Source of the DNA: Camelus ferus
Taxonomy: Eukaryota
NCBI RefSeq assembly: GCF_009834535.1
Contig: NC_045697.1
Coordinates: 82,276,001-82,340,000, forward strand
DNA: 64,000 nt
Direction of reading: 5' to 3'
The translations under genes were made by a program, and so were the position numbers. Position 1 is the first letter of the stretch; every line of letters begins with the position of its first letter. The notes under the pieces were generated by a model that did not search any database, was not told the origin of the DNA, and saw nothing but the letters and a program-made list of their open reading frames with translations. This document shows, one piece after another, positions 12,551 to 26,960 of the stretch.

Positions 12551-14242
12551 GAAGTCTTTTGCTTCTCAAAGAATCTTTTGTACTTTCGGTTTGGTCAAGC
12601 TGTGAACTTGGGCAGGCAAATTCTGAAGAGCTTTAACTTCAATTCCTCCATTTAATTCAGAAATGCCTTTTACCAAATTATTTAACTCACTATATCCTCT
12701 ATTATCAGTAATTGAAGAGAAGACACATAGATTCTTCGTGAGATAACCCTAAATTTAAATTGCCAATATATCTGGTAACAAGCCTGTAAGATCATCAGAA
12801 ATTTGAGAGTAGTTAGCGTGTCTTGATTTTGAAGTTTCCTAAACAGTACTGTCCCTCCAAACTAAGTAACATAGAAAAAAATCTAAGAAAAATTATTTCT
12901 AAAGATTGTTCAGCTCAGTAGTTTAGGAAAAGAATAGGACTTTAGCTCAGAGAAACTAATTACTGTTGATAATTCTATCACATTAAAATAAAAAGAAAAA
13001 TCTTTTTGATACTTTTGCTCTTCTTTCTGCCTCCAGACTATCATATCCACAGATTTAATATGTATTCATTCTGTTGCAGCATAATATGTGACATCCTTTA
13101 TATAATAGTATTTTAAAAACTGGATTATCTCTTCTCAAAATCATAGCTTAGAAGGATGGACTTACATTCATTCTAATAATCATTTGCGATTCTTCTCATT
13201 CACACTGTATATTGTATGTACAAATTATATTTGAATTATTCCACTGGAAAGCTGACAGTTCTATGATTTGGTATTATCAGATTAGATATCATATAGTACT
13301 TAGTGACATTTTGCTGTTTAAATTACTTTATAACTTCAAGGCCATGAAAAACTCTGAAGAATCTTCTGAATAATATTTTTCTTGTATTAAATTACATATT
13401 GGGAATTCTACTCTATTATATTTGCATTGAAATTTTTGATTTTGAGTCATCCATAGATAGTCTGCATACTGAATCAATTCCTGTATTTGCCTAAACAGAT
13501 AATTCTGTTCATTAACTGCATCAGTGACCAACATTCCCATAGTATTGCCTAAGTTTGACTAAATGTTAGATGTATATATGTTTTTTCAAATTCTATCCAA
13601 CTTTGAGTTCCCATACCCTGATAAAAGTCAACATGTTTCCCATGTTCATTTGGCTTTTGGCTTATGTAAGGCAGACATTTTTGTCAGTTGTCTTATATCT
13701 TTAAATTTTGGGGGATTTCCATAAAATGTACTTTAACTTTTTTCTGTATGTCACTAGGAACAGGGTAAATATCACCAAGTAACCTCTTATTAGCTACTCC
13801 CCCAAGTTAATAAATTTTATTCACTATCAACCTGACTAGATTTAGAGTAGCAAGTTAAATGTTGAAATTATCATAGTCCATGATTTGTTCTTGGTGGTCT
13901 TTGATGTTTTGAGTAAAATACCCCATAAAATATTCTCATGATCTATGCAACTTTTCACTGAGCTCAATAGGATACCCCAAACCAAACTATAAACTAATGT
14001 CTGTAAGGAGAGATCTAGGAACACAACGGAAATTAACAAACATGGGAAGGAAAAATATATTACCTTACAGGTAACTTGCTTTAAATATTATTGCTTGGAA
14101 TTATTAAAAACAGAATGGTAAAGGGGAAGCCTTCATTATCTCTACTTTTGATTGCTAGTCCAAACTGCTTCATTTGGAAATGTTGTTGTTGTTCAGATAT
14201 ACAAACTGTACATGTCTTTTATAAGGAGCATTAATATATAGT

Positions 14243-14387
14243 AGAAGAAAAAGAGAGAGCGAAGGACAAAAGAAGGAAAGGGAGGTGGAGAGGAAGGGAA
14301 GGAAAAGGGAGGGAAAAGGGAGAAAAAAGAGGGAGGGAAGAAATAAATGGTAAAAGGATAGAAGGAAGGGAAGGAAGAAAAAAAAGA
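14243..14387. repeat. GA-rich polypurine low-complexity tract
   Basis: Almost all A/G; 14287-14343 is 57 consecutive purines. Confidence 0.9.
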
Positions 14388-17300
14388 TGATTTAGCTAAT
14401 CACCTCTTTAATTACTCTTGCCTGCACTCCATCAAAAAAGAAAACGTGCTTTCTGTGTATTTAGGTTATAATTTTCTCAGTTCTAGGGGTTATAGTACTG
14501 TTAATAGATGTTGAAGGTGTAATAAATAGTAAATTAAACGTGTTTCACTCATGAGGTAATTTTCTACATAGTGGGTAGGTTCTTCATTTTTCCTTGGATT
14601 ATCATTTATTACCACACAAACTGTCTTACATATTACGCATTAAGCTCACCGATGTATCATCAAGAAATTTATTTTGCCTGTATACCACAACACTATCTTT
14701 GCTCACAAATATTTGTTTTTACATGATGATGATCCAGATCTCATGATTTAAACACTGAAAGTAGCAGCTGGAGAGAAAGTGTCTTTAAGAAGAGATAATT
14801 AGGGGAGCTGCTTCAAGAGTTATTGTCTTCGTAAGACAGTGACATTCTTAAGAGTCATGTTCCTAACCTCCACTTAGATCAGAGGGGAAAATAAAACTCA
14901 TTAAAGTTTCACGTCATATCATGAAGTGAGCATGACTTTTGCCCACTTATATTAACCTTTTAATTTTTCTTTTACTCAGAACAAAAAATTATCTATTTTA
15001 TGGGAAGTTTTTTGATTGATGAAAAACTAGTTATGTTTAAGTTTGTAACAATGGTAAACATAAAATTATTTTAGCTGATTAACTTTTTAAGAGTCAAAAA
15101 CTTATTTTGGAATTGGAAGAGATAATTAATACCTATGTGTTCAGTCATGAAAGAAAAATTTCCATTAACAAATATAGATATATTTGAAACAATCTCAAAA
15201 TCTATAAAAGTTGTTTAAAACAGCCAACATACTGCTTTTCAAAGAAGAGGTCATAGCACACATTTCTAACTGCATTGAAATAATGTACCATAAATATTTA
15301 TTGATATTTTAAGAAGTGTCACATTAACTGGTGCTAGATTTTAAACCAGTCAGCACATGCCCATTATTAGACTCAGCTGGGAGTCTCCAAGGACACAACC
15401 CTAGGACTGTTTATAATAGAATTGCAAGAGCTGAAACAACAAACTAAAAAACAAAGTTGATCAGCAAAAATTCTTTGAACAGAACACTTTCTTTGCACAC
15501 TATGTTATAAAATAAAGCTTCCCAAAAGACCTTGATTATTCTTTAATAATGTCAGCAATCAGCAATCAAGAGGCCCTATGTCTAAATAGAGGGAAAACAT
15601 TGGACTGCCCCAGGTAAGTCAAGTATTGATGTCTGCATCATGCATGTCCTTGACAGACAGTTGAGGGATATCATACAACATGGCAGAATCAATGTCATTT
15701 GGCTCTGCTTTCCAGGAAATAAACATATATTTATTTAGCAATTGATGTTGCTAATCTAGAATATTTTTAATAATCAATTGAATGCAATCCTATGAAATAC
15801 TTATTAAGCAACTCCTGAAATAGGGACACTAAACCAAACACACTAAACCAAACCAAACAAATAACAAAAACTGGTTTGCCAGCATCAATGTATTCCCATC
15901 ACATTTTTGTTTATTCAGAAATAATTTAAAAAATTATTCTCAGTTCCATAAAGAATTCTATCCACAGAATGCTGCAATAAAGACTCGTGAATTCTCTGGG
16001 CCATGACATCTGGAAGTGTTCCAGCCAGAACCTTATCTAATACACAATCCATATGGCACTTGAGTAGAAGCAGAACTTCAGAGAGATTCAGACTGTAGCC
16101 CAGCTGCTCTTTCTCAGGGCACCCAGTGAATCATCTCCAAACTCATCTACTACTCTGTCTGTGCTCGAGGGACCATTTTATTCAGCTTGATATCTAGTAG
16201 CTGAATGGAAGTCCTTTATTTTTCTCTTGCTTTTATTAGTGATGTTCTATACCTGGCATTTTAACCTGTAACCTCATTTCTTAATCTCCTAAATTTAGAA
16301 TCTTGTATGATTTCTTTCTACAACCTGCAGTAGAGAGAAACGTATTTGAAGAATGGGATGCTTGAGTCCTTATTTATTGTTTACATCATGTAAAGCCCTG
16401 GGCCTTATATGATTATATATATTAGAATATACATATATGTGTGTGTATCTTTAATGTATTTTATTTGAAATCATATTATGTGCGTTTTGCTTTATATATT
16501 TGTAAGTCATAGAAAACTTGTATGTTTTGGAAGCTCAGATCTAAAATGTGATATGACAATAACTGATCAAAGTCGATGCAAAAAGTCACATCCTATGAGG
16601 TTTTACCAATTACCAATTTGAAATTTTTTAATTCATAGAAACTTCTACTCTGATTACTATGGATAGCATATTTTGATTTTATGATAAAGATAACAAATTT
16701 ATTGTGTACTTATATAACAGGAACTTTCTGAATTCTTTATAATGGAATCTCTCATTCAATTTCGTTCAAATAATTTGAGATTGGTAAAGTTAGGGCCAAT
16801 CTATGGGTAATTAAGTTGAAGCCCTTTCTATTGTGTAATCTATCCAAAATCTCCCAACAAATAAGTAGTGCAATAGGATGCAATACTATACGTAGTTTTT
16901 CTGAAAAGTGAGTTAAATAGGCAGAAATGTCATCTTCTGGGTTTAAAGCACCCATCTTAAAAAATGCACACGTACTTGAATTTATAGATCAGATGATTAT
17001 TACCTGAGGTTTAAAGAGATTTTACAAAGCATATAGTTTACTATCATGCTATTTATTTCTGCAAAAAATTCAACTTTGTACACTCCTTGTCAACATAACT
17101 CTATTTATCTTGAACACTTATAAGAGAATTTCATTTTAGTTTGAAACTACTTGATCTTTACTTCTTTCTACTGAGATTTGTTCCAGAGACAGAACATTTC
17201 AGCCTCTGCTTTGCAGCACCTACTTTTAAAATCACTAGATTCCCATGATGACAGACGACACTATGTACCAAGAAGAAAATGTCAAGATACGCGTTATTGT

Positions 17301-17924
17301 CAAAAGTGTCTGACACTGTTGAGATTGGACCTAGAAGCTTAACTTAAAATAAATATGCTCTCTAAAATGTCCTTATCATAGTCTTCGTGTTATCACCACA
17401 CTAAGGGTTTGCTGCACTGTTTCTCTTCTTCTTAAATTAACTGAATAAGTCACAGCTTCCATAGACACTGCATATGATGGCTTCAAGGATGAGGGTGTGG
17501 GGAAAAGTTATGCCATTTATCTGCATAAGGAGGAGAAAACTTGGAGCAGTCATAAATAAGCCTGCAGAAGTAAGATTGCCTGTATGGAATGATGGACAGT
17601 ATTAAAAATGAAAAAAGAAAATTACATTAGAGTTAGAAAGTTTTTCTTAAACTAATAAATAGTCTCACTATAGGTTAAAAAGATTTATTTTTCTCTACCT
17701 AAGATTTTGTATTAGAGTGCTATATATAAATATACAGACACACACACACAGCACACACCCATACATATGCACAGAATTCCTCCTTATCCTATAGAGAAAA
17801 TGTAGACCAGATTTCTAAACACAACAAAGAAAGTGTCTAAAAGATGTACTATGATTGAAAAATTTTCTTTCTAGTACAAAAATGATTATGTCAAGGGTTT
17901 TTTTCAGTTGTTGTTCTGTTAATG

Positions 17925-18370
17925 TCACCTAAATTTGGGGAGATTGGCAGTCTTTACTATAGTCTGTCTTCTGGTCCAAGAACATGATTTGTTTTTCAAC
18001 TTGTTTAAATCTTATTTGATTTCTTCACTGAGTTTTACAGTTTTCTGCTTGTAGGCCTTGTACATATTTTGGGGTTTTTTGTTTGGTTTGGTTTTCTTTG
18101 GCTCGATTGTAAATAGGATGGTGTTTTTAATTTTAAATTTCAATTGTTCATTGCTACTATATAGGAAAACAATTGATACTGCATAATACTCCTACAACCT
18201 GTCACCTTTCTGTAATCACATATTAGTTCCTTCGGAATTTTTTCTTGGTTGCTGTTGTTGATTCTTTGGAATTTTATACATAGATAATCATGCCACCTGA
18301 GAACAAAGACAATTTTATTTCTTCCTTCCTAATCTGTATACCTTTTATTTTCTTTTATTGCCTTATGTTT
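17925..18370 (-). mobile_element. Old L1 ORF2 (RT region) fragment
   Basis: GATAATCATGCCACCTGAGAACAAAGACAATTTTATTTCTTCCTTCC is the antisense of the decayed L1 RT EEIKLSLFADDMI block; flanking L1M sequence is recognisable. Confidence 0.8.
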
Positions 18371-19157
18371 TTGCTGTCAGAAGAATTGTTTTGTCAGCTT
18401 TTTCTTTATAGCTGATCAGGGCAAACTTGATTAAAATGATTTGTTTTAGAGTTAAACACTAATCTTTTACAACTTAAAAAAACTTCAATGATTAAGTAAC
18501 AGATTTTATATCGAGATATTTCTTACTGGCTTTGTGGAATGACAGTAGTGGTAGGAGTGAAGTAGAATTAAAACTGATTAAAATTGATTCTTCAGATGAT
18601 TTCTCTTCCGGGAATTCTATCCTAACTTACAACTTCTGCATCATTTACGGTTATCAGTACCTAATGGTGTGCCACAGACCTTCTGTTTGCCCTTTCCGAG
18701 TCATTCTACATCATGTTTTACCAAGTTCCTTCTTCTGCAAACCAATGGGTTAAACTAAATTAACGAAGTTACTTTTCCTCTAGCTTCAAGTTGGGTTCAG
18801 ACTGTGTAAAGACCCAGACAAAGGAGGCAGTGGTTTCAGTAACCAGATAGATGTGCTAGATCTAATGAATGTTTAAAATTTCCATTCACCAGACCATTGA
18901 CTAGGAAATGCAATCTAGTCCTGAGACAGGGAAAATAGTCCTAGATGGTTTGGGATCTGGTACAGGTGCCCAGGGCCACAAATGTACAAAAGAAAAAAAT
19001 GTGCACCAAAAAAGCAAGAATAAAGAGGGAGTTTGGAGAATAATGATGTGAAATTACCAAAGATCATCTGAGGTTTTTTCAGAATTTAGTCTGTGACTAA
19101 TACGGATTTTTGACTTTCTATTACAAAACTATATAATAGAATAAGAAGCTATCTTAT

Positions 19158-19285
19158 TACTATGGCCTGAATTATATTCCCCTAAAATTCATATTTAAGG
19201 CCCTAATCCCCAATGTGATATATTTGGAGATAGGTCCTACAAGGAGGTAGCTAAAGTTAAATGAGGTCAGAAGAGTAGGGCCCAG
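19158..19285 (+). mobile_element. 5' fragment of an MLT1A/B MaLR LTR
   Basis: TACTATGGCCTGAATTATATTCCCCTAAAATTCATAT..CCTAATCCCCAATGTG..TATTTGGAGATAGG..AAGTTAAATGAGGTCA. Confidence 0.75.
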
Positions 19286-21679
19286 GTAGGATGGAATTAA
19301 TACTAATATTAGAAATATCCCACAACAAATTCATGCCAGTGGTAATATTTAGAGGTCATTCATTTACCTAAATGACAATGGTGCCTCTATAATTATTTTT
19401 AAATATCTCTTGAGTAAAGGCAAATCAAGTAGTTGATGCATTTTCAAGTCTGAAAAAATGATGGTTATATGGCAATTTGATATTTTCTCAGGTTACTAAG
19501 ATTTTGATTTACTATTAAAACAGAAATTAAGGAGCCAAACTGTTATGATAAACAGTGTAAAAATCAACAGTGGCACCAGTGCACCTTACATGTTCCTTAG
19601 GTAAGTCAGATCAAGGTTCAGTGACTTTATAGCCTTCAGTGAAGTGAAAAGCCAAACTATTTAGATGAAGTTGTGATAGCACACTTCAGTTTACACCATT
19701 ATGGGCCAGTGAGGAGTAGGTGGATGGGGATGGAAAAAAAATAGGAGGATGGGGAATATAAGATTCTACTTTATTACAAAGAGGAAATTTTTGTAGACCA
19801 TAATTAGATCATATTTACATTTGTATTTAGGTGCATACATGTTTTACCACGCATTTTTATAGTAAAATGACCCACAAAATGCCTTGTAAGGAACTTATAT
19901 TCTTAGTGTTCAGAAATTCAACACATGAGATATTCATGGCTGGACAATTTATTGGAAACACTGTATGATTCCTAATAAACTTTCTAGTATGTTCCAGAAA
20001 GACAGACTTCTACACAGGCTGATTTATATTTATTGGTGGTATTCCAATATCCAGTCATTTGGGATATGAGTAAATTATACAATAGCAGGAATAAGATTTA
20101 GATACAGCAATAATGTTACACTATCTGAATATGCCAACTTTCCATTGCCCATAGACAGTAACAGTATCTTGTTTATTCTTGGTGATTTCCTAAGAAACAT
20201 AAATTTTTTTGTTGTGATTCAGCTTAATCTGTTATTTGACAAATATCAATGCCATGTGAATATTTACCTATTTGTTTTCAGACAAGACTTGAAAGGAAGT
20301 TTCAATTTGGAGTTTATACATTTATTTTGTTATAAGAAATTGTGCTAGGTAATAATGCCAACTATTTAAGCAGGTATATACTCAGATTGTTCAATAGCTG
20401 TAGTAATTAATTTCAAACAGAATTTTATTTTGAAAATAATACTTCTGAAGTATTCTTGAAATTTAATCCAAATAATAGACTATTCTATAAATTATCTATT
20501 TTATGGTTTACAGGTATATAAGATAGAAAACAAAATGAACATTATATATATCTTATATATTTCTATGTTAAAAAGTTATTTTTTTCTACATTAGCATGAA
20601 CATTGGACCATTGTTTGTCATTTGACGTCTTCAGGATTCCATTGCAGAAAAAGTTTCTCTAGATATTTTAAACAGAAAATGATTTAAGTTTGTGAAATAA
20701 CTGCTGAATACAGGAGTTGGCTCTAGATGGGGTCTCCAAAAATGACTCCAAGATGTCATGACAGTGCCTGTTGGAGGAGCTGCTGCTTCTACTCTGCTAT
20801 GGGGGGAGGGACTGATCTAGCCCCTGGAATGATATCAGTAAGATCCTAGGTCTCCACAGGTCTCCACAGCTGTGTTTGTTGACAGAAAACGACTAAGCAA
20901 AAGGCCAATAGACCATCAAAATCTCATTGTGAATGCCTCTCATTGATTTAAAGTGATTTGCCAATGAGAACTCTGAGATATGTCATTTTTAATATTATAG
21001 TCTCTTCAGCTCAAGTGGAGCACATTGGGAGAAACAATAGAAAATGAGAACACTAATCCCACTATTTATCATAATTTAAAATTACTTTTTAAAAATTTCA
21101 GATGCATTTCTTAATCTTTTTCAAAATAAAAGGACAAATTGAAAATAGGAAGACTATTATCCTGATGAGTAATAAGATGATCCTTATGCATTTTATGCAT
21201 GACATCAGATAAATAATTTTACTTAAGTACAATTCCTGGTTTTATGTTATGAAATCACAACTAATCCTTGTCTGCATTCCTAAAACGTCTAATATATTAT
21301 CCTCAATTTTGTTTAAATGATGAGTTTAATCCTTAAGTAGTAATTGAAAAGGTATAAACGTGAATTGTATGCTCTCCACATTTATTTTATTAAACTATAA
21401 TCACATAGAAAGTGAGAGGCTTTCCAGTATCTACAGTTTTGAAAACAGTAGAAAATGAAAGGGGTCTGAGGGAGGGAAAAAGTAGAAAGAAGGAACATAG
21501 TCCTGGAAATGGCTTTCAGCCTGTAGTGACACAGGCCACAGGGGTCTGTGAGCTAATACGTTTTTTCACCCTTGCTAGCAATAAAACAGTCTGAGACTTT
21601 TCAGTTTATATATTCATGACTTTTGGAGTTTTCAGGACGTAGTGAGGCAGTTTAGAGTATCACAAGGCAGAATATCATG

Positions 21680-21890
21680 AGTCAGATCACAAACACTGGG
21701 GCCAGAATGGTCAGGTTTGCCTCTCAGATTTGACTGCTTACTGGCTGTGCTTGCTTAGAATCCTCTGTGCTTCAGTTTCTTCATCTGTAAAATAATAATA
21801 GAACCTAATACAGGATTGTTGTGAGTGTTAAATATTACAATCCACATAAAATTCTTAGAATAGTGAGTATTCATTCAATAAATCATTTAT
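21680..21890 (+). mobile_element. MIR SINE
   Basis: MIR core CCTCTGTGCTTCAGTTTCTTCATCTGTAAAATAATAATAGAACCT..GATTGTTGTGAG. Confidence 0.8.
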
Positions 21891-22192
21891 ATTTATCATG
21901 TACATAGCAATGCTTAAGCATTCTGTAATCATAATCCAGTAAGACATGCTTATCTTCATTTCTATTTAAAATTATAAAAAAATTAATTCTGTGATGGACC
22001 CCAAGTAGATATTAAACAGATAGTCATGTGTTTGTTCATTTTCTAAGCAATCGGATTCAGAAAAATAACAAAAATTACATCATAAGCACACATTCTCACC
22101 CACACATATACATATATAGCATGAAACAAATGGTAAGATAAGCTATTATAAATGGTTAAATAAATTACTTAACACTGTAACCCTATTTATAG

Positions 22193-22540
22193 TGTTAAAT
22201 AGGACTAAATGTTTGTGTCTGTCCGAAATCCATATGTTGAAACTCTAATCCCCCAGGTGATAGTATTTGGAAGTGGAGCCTTGGGAAGATAATTAGAAGT
22301 ATATTAGGTTATGAAGGTGGAACCCGCCTGATGGGACCCCTGCCCTTGTAAAAAGAAGAGACACAAGAATGCTCCCTCTTTTTGAAAGGTTGAGGGAGGA
22401 CATAATCAGAAGAAGGCTCTCACCTGACCATGCTGTCAACTTGATCTGGGACTTCTGTCTCCAGAACTGTGAGGAATAAATTTCTGCTGTTCAGACCATC
22501 CAGTCTGTGGTAATTTGTTATAGAAGCCCAAGCTAAGACA
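22193..22540 (+). mobile_element. MLT1A-type MaLR solo LTR
   Basis: TG..AATGTTTGTGTC..CATATGTTGAAACTCTAATCCCC..CTCCAGAACTGTGAGGAATAAATTTCTG..GCCCAAGCTAAGACA. The TSD is degraded. Confidence 0.88.
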
Positions 22541-24149
22541 AATACTAAGTTATTCTTTGTAGTTATTAGTCAAGAAAAATAGTTAAGTGATTAGTCATGA
22601 ATATCTGTAAAGGTGATAAGTTAATTTAGATATTTATTTTCATAAGGTACAATGAGTGCTAAAATTGAATGTACTTCTAAAGGATATACGTAGTTTTCCT
22701 TAGGTTCAAAAATGGAGATTTACCAAAATGTAGTAATTTCATAAAACTGATACGTATAAAAGTTAAACTCCACACAGCCGTTGTTTCATAAATTATAAGA
22801 CAGTGAGAACACACTGAGAAAGTTTTCATGCAGTCAAAAATCTATATCCTGTGTATTCAAGCAACAACATAAATAATGGTACTACATTTTTTAACACTAG
22901 TGAAAGAAGATTAAATTTTTTAAAAGCTTAAATTAATTAAGAAATTTTCATGGCATTATTTGTAAATACATATATGACAGATTCTTGAAGTTCTAATGAG
23001 AATTAAAATTTAGTTAGAAAGTTAGAACTTTGTCCATTATTTCATTTAAAAAAATCTAGATATCAGATTTTATATAAAGGATTAATGCCTTTGAGAAGTA
23101 CATCCAATAAACATTCTTATTCTTCTGTATTTTCCCAATTTTTAAATTGATTCAGCTCCCTCTTTAAAATCTATCACTGTTGAATGTGGTGATCATCATC
23201 TTAAATTTACATATATGTATGTTTCCCAATCTTTTTTAACACTGAATTTTGATGTATTTCTGTTACAATTTTAAAGCTTGTTTTGGTCTAAGTAGGTATT
23301 GTTAAAATGTGATCTTTTTGACCATTTAGCTGACTTTAATGCTGAGAGGAGGAGGATGTCTAACGAAACTTGTGTATGGAAATAAAGATAGAGGGTGTAT
23401 TTGGAATTGTATAGATACAGCACTGCCAAGCCTGCTCAGGAGTCTTTGAAACCTAACTAATTTTAGAGAGAGGTTTTATTGATTACACAGAGACAGGGCA
23501 CATTTTAATCATTTTTACAGCACTGTATTGCCTGAGGTACCAAAACCACTAAACAAGGATTATAAACTTTGTTTTAAACCGGATCCTTAATTGTTTCTTG
23601 ATGTATAGTCAACAGAAGCTCTATAAGATCAATCAGAGTTACTAAGGCATATTTAAATTATCAGCCTTAATTTTAATCGCTCATATGCCTGAATTTCTGA
23701 GGTGCAGCTGTTTCATGAAACTAAATTAGTTTTGTTCCTGACAGGAGTTTTGTTTTAAGTTTGGTCCTTCCTCCCCTATAAGACATCTTAGCTGCTCTAT
23801 TTTCATTTATTTTAATACTAATGTCTTTTTCTGAACATAAGATAATTTATTGTATCCTTGCAGAATCCTGACTGGTTTAAGCATGCCACTATACACTTGG
23901 GAAAACAGTAGTTAGTATGTTTTAACAGAACATATATTTTATTGTTATAAATGAGTAATTGACTTGATTGATTCCATGAAAAACTGATTTACATCATTAA
24001 TTTTAATATAACTAAACATATTTAAAGTAAATAGCTTTATTTTACTTTGGAAGGGTGCAGAGATAAATAAGTGGAGTACAGTGGACTTTAAGGTCAGTGA
24101 AAATACTCTCATCATTTCAATCACATAATGATCAATCAAAACACAACAT

Positions 24150-24402
24150 ATATTTGTCCAAACCCATAGAACGTACAATGCAAAAAGTGAACCCTAATAT
24201 AAACTACAGACTTGGGTGACTATGATGTGTGAATGTGTGTTCATCAGTGATAAAAAATGTACCACTCTGGTGATGGATGTAGGTATTGGGTGAAGTTCTG
24301 CATGTGTGGGAAGAGGAGGTAAATGGGCAGTCTCTGTACCTTCTCCTTAATTGTGCTGTGAACCTCAAACTGCTCTATATAAGTAAAGTCTTAATTTTAA
24401 AA
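24150..24402 (+). mobile_element. L1MC-type 3' end
   Basis: TTTGTCCAAACCCATAGAACGTACA..GTGAACCCTAATATAAACTA..ATGTACCACTCTGGTG..TCTCTGTACCTTC..TGCTGTGAACCTCAAACTGCTCT. Confidence 0.85.
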
Positions 24403-24849
24403 ATTAAGTAGAAGAAAAGTAATTAGTGTAAACAAGATAATGAAAACTCTTTTGAAGGTGGTGGATAACATAAAGATAATGATTAGCTAGAGCAGAACTG
24501 ACTGTAGGAGAATGATCTGAACCATAAGAACAAATCTAAGTAAAACCAAACAAGATGAAGCTGGAGAGATGAACCTTGTCAATGTCAAGTGACAAAGAGG
24601 CTGAGGTAAGGAAATTGCTGGATAGCACAATTGTGGGCATGCTTTATTATAATTTGATTTATCATGAGGTTTTAAGAAATTCATCTTGTGGTGTAAAAAT
24701 AAACTATCTCTTTTCTCTAAGTCTAGGGCAATATCAGAAGTTTAATCAAGGAATGGGGACAATGTGATAGGACTGTGGAACACCATCATTCCCTACAGCT
24801 GTCTCCAACACCCTCTGCAATATCATTCTCAGTTTGTACCCACAGTTCT

Positions 24850-24965
24850 CATTTGAGACAATGATTGACCTTTTTGGCAGGGAATATGTTTTATTCTTAA
24901 TGTCTCCAGAACCTAGCATAATACCTGTCCAAATAATAGCATTAAACACATAGATTGAATAATAC
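24850..24965 (+). mobile_element. L2 3'-end remnant
   Basis: GGCAGGGAATATGTTTTATTC..TCTCCAGAACCTAGCATAATACCTG..TTGAATAA. Confidence 0.55.
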
Positions 24966-25522
24966 ATGTTTAAATAGCTTGCATATTTGGGAAAGATTAA
25001 TCCGATATGCTGAATTAATTAAAAGGAAAAAACTGTTGATGGACTTTTGATAGAGAAGACTGAGGCAAATATCCAGATATATACTGAAGATGGTCAATGA
25101 AAAGCTAGACTAAGTAGCACCAGGATTCAAGATCGATAAAGGGAGAAATTATTGAGATAAATAAAAAGTCTTTTTTGAGACTTTGGTTATGCTGGTTTCT
25201 CAGTCTAGACAGGACAAAGTCTTTTCCTTGCCCTACTCAATTCTTTCTGTCCTAAAAGGAGAAACTAAAAGCTCCATTGTTCCCTTGTTTTCTCAGAATA
25301 CTAGAACCAAATCTGTTGAAATCTTGATTTTATTATGGGATATGCATTCAATGTCAGAAACAAAGGTTAGAATTCTAGTTCTTAGAGGCTACTTTAATGT
25401 GTCTAATGGATATGTATTAGTTAATAGAACTCAGATAATATTTTTTCTGATTTTTCCCATAAATTGAAATGAAATGTCAAAAATGATCACAAAACATTAG
25501 TATCCTTTGGTCTTTGCATATA

Positions 25523-25864
25523 CAGTTGTTCCTCAGTATCCCCAAGAGATTGGTTCCAAGACCTCCTGTGGATACCAAAATCCACAGATGCTTAAGTCCC
25601 TTATATAAAATAGTGTAGTATTTGCATATAACCTACATACATCCTCTGTATAGTTTAAATTGTCACTATGTTACTTATAGTACACAGTACAATGAAAATG
25701 CTATGTAAATAATTATAAATACAATGTAAATACTATATAAATAATCTCTAGAGCAAGTACTTTCTTTATGGGACTTTCTGGAATTTTCTTCATTTTCTAA
25801 CATTTTTGATCTGAAGTTGGTTGAATCTGAGGATAGGGAAACCTAGGATAAGGAGGGAAGATTG
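25523..25864 (+). mobile_element. MER2/MER2B non-autonomous TcMar-Tigger DNA transposon
   Basis: Termini CAGTTGTTCCTCAGTATCC and GGATAAGGAGGGAAGATTG, flanked by TA at 25521-22 and 25865-66. Internal GATTGGTTCCAAGACC..GGATACCAAAATCCACAGATGCT. Confidence 0.88.
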
Positions 25865-26827
25865 TACTTTTGAAAAACTGTTTTTTAGCAGCTGAATCCA
25901 AATAACTCAGCCAAAAAATATTTGAATTCCAAATCAAATGCTACCCACAGTGACTAACTTGATGATATTATCACATTTTTTTCAAATTTCTATGAATTCA
26001 GTATCTTATAAAATAATGTAAAGTGACTTTTTTGTACTTACAGTATTTCATACACACATTAGAGCTGTAATGAGTTAGAATCTTATGTTTCCACCAAAAT
26101 TTGGTAAAGTTTTTACCTAATATGCATGTACAGGAAATTTTATATTGACTATACCTTTTAAAATTAAGCAAATTAAAATAAATATGCGAATTAGAATTCA
26201 TCTACTGTAGTCACCTTTTCTTAGAATTATCAGGTTTCTATTCTATTCTACTGTATAGTATTAGACTTTTTTAAAGTAAGGGAGTTAAAATGTGACACTT
26301 CTATGTATTTAATCATCACATTCTCCCTAGAAGTTAAGCTTTACCTAAGCATTACATATTTGTTTAAAAAAGCCTTTTGAAGAGCCATGGAGATCTTTAG
26401 CCAAGGTAAAAACTTAGCAGAAGGTCACTACTCCTTGATGGCATGGGGACACTCATTGATCAATGCTGACAGAATCCAAAATTCTGTCGTTATCTTAAAT
26501 GTTAAAGGACAAAAATCAGCCTCAAGCATTGGGTATCAGATATATGAGAAAAACATTGCATGAATCATCATAAAATTATTGGGCAACATTTTATACAAGT
26601 TTAAACTTTCAGTGAAAACAGCAAATACTTATTTTCATTGATGTATAGAAAAAAGCAGGAATTATTAGAATTACCAAATACTAAAATTATGTGATATATA
26701 CTGTATTTTTTTAAACTCCCTCAATATATTCACATTCATATAGGGAGATAATATTAATATTAAATATTTGCTAATATTTTAGGTACTATTAAAGATCACA
26801 AAACTGCCTTTTTATTTTTGAATCTTT

Positions 26828-26960
26828 TAGAGTATTTATTCAGCCTCTGTTGTCTTAAAAACATTGTGATATATTTTGGGTGGTAGACAAGTTAGACCCC
26901 CTCCCTGCCTTCATGGAATTCACATTATAATATAGACATTTAAAAATTATTACAGGAAGG
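26828..26960 (-). mobile_element. L2 remnant
   Basis: GTATTTATTCAGC..TCCCTGCCTTCATGGAATTCACATT is antisense L2 3' region. Confidence 0.55.

Noticed and set aside
15555..15619. Plus-strand exon ending at CAG|GTAAGT (~15613)
   Set aside because: Strong donor, but the upstream acceptors lack a pyrimidine tract and the peptide is unrecognisable.
17225..17335. Possible exon with CpGs (either strand)
   Set aside because: Weak splice sites and no recognisable peptide in any frame.
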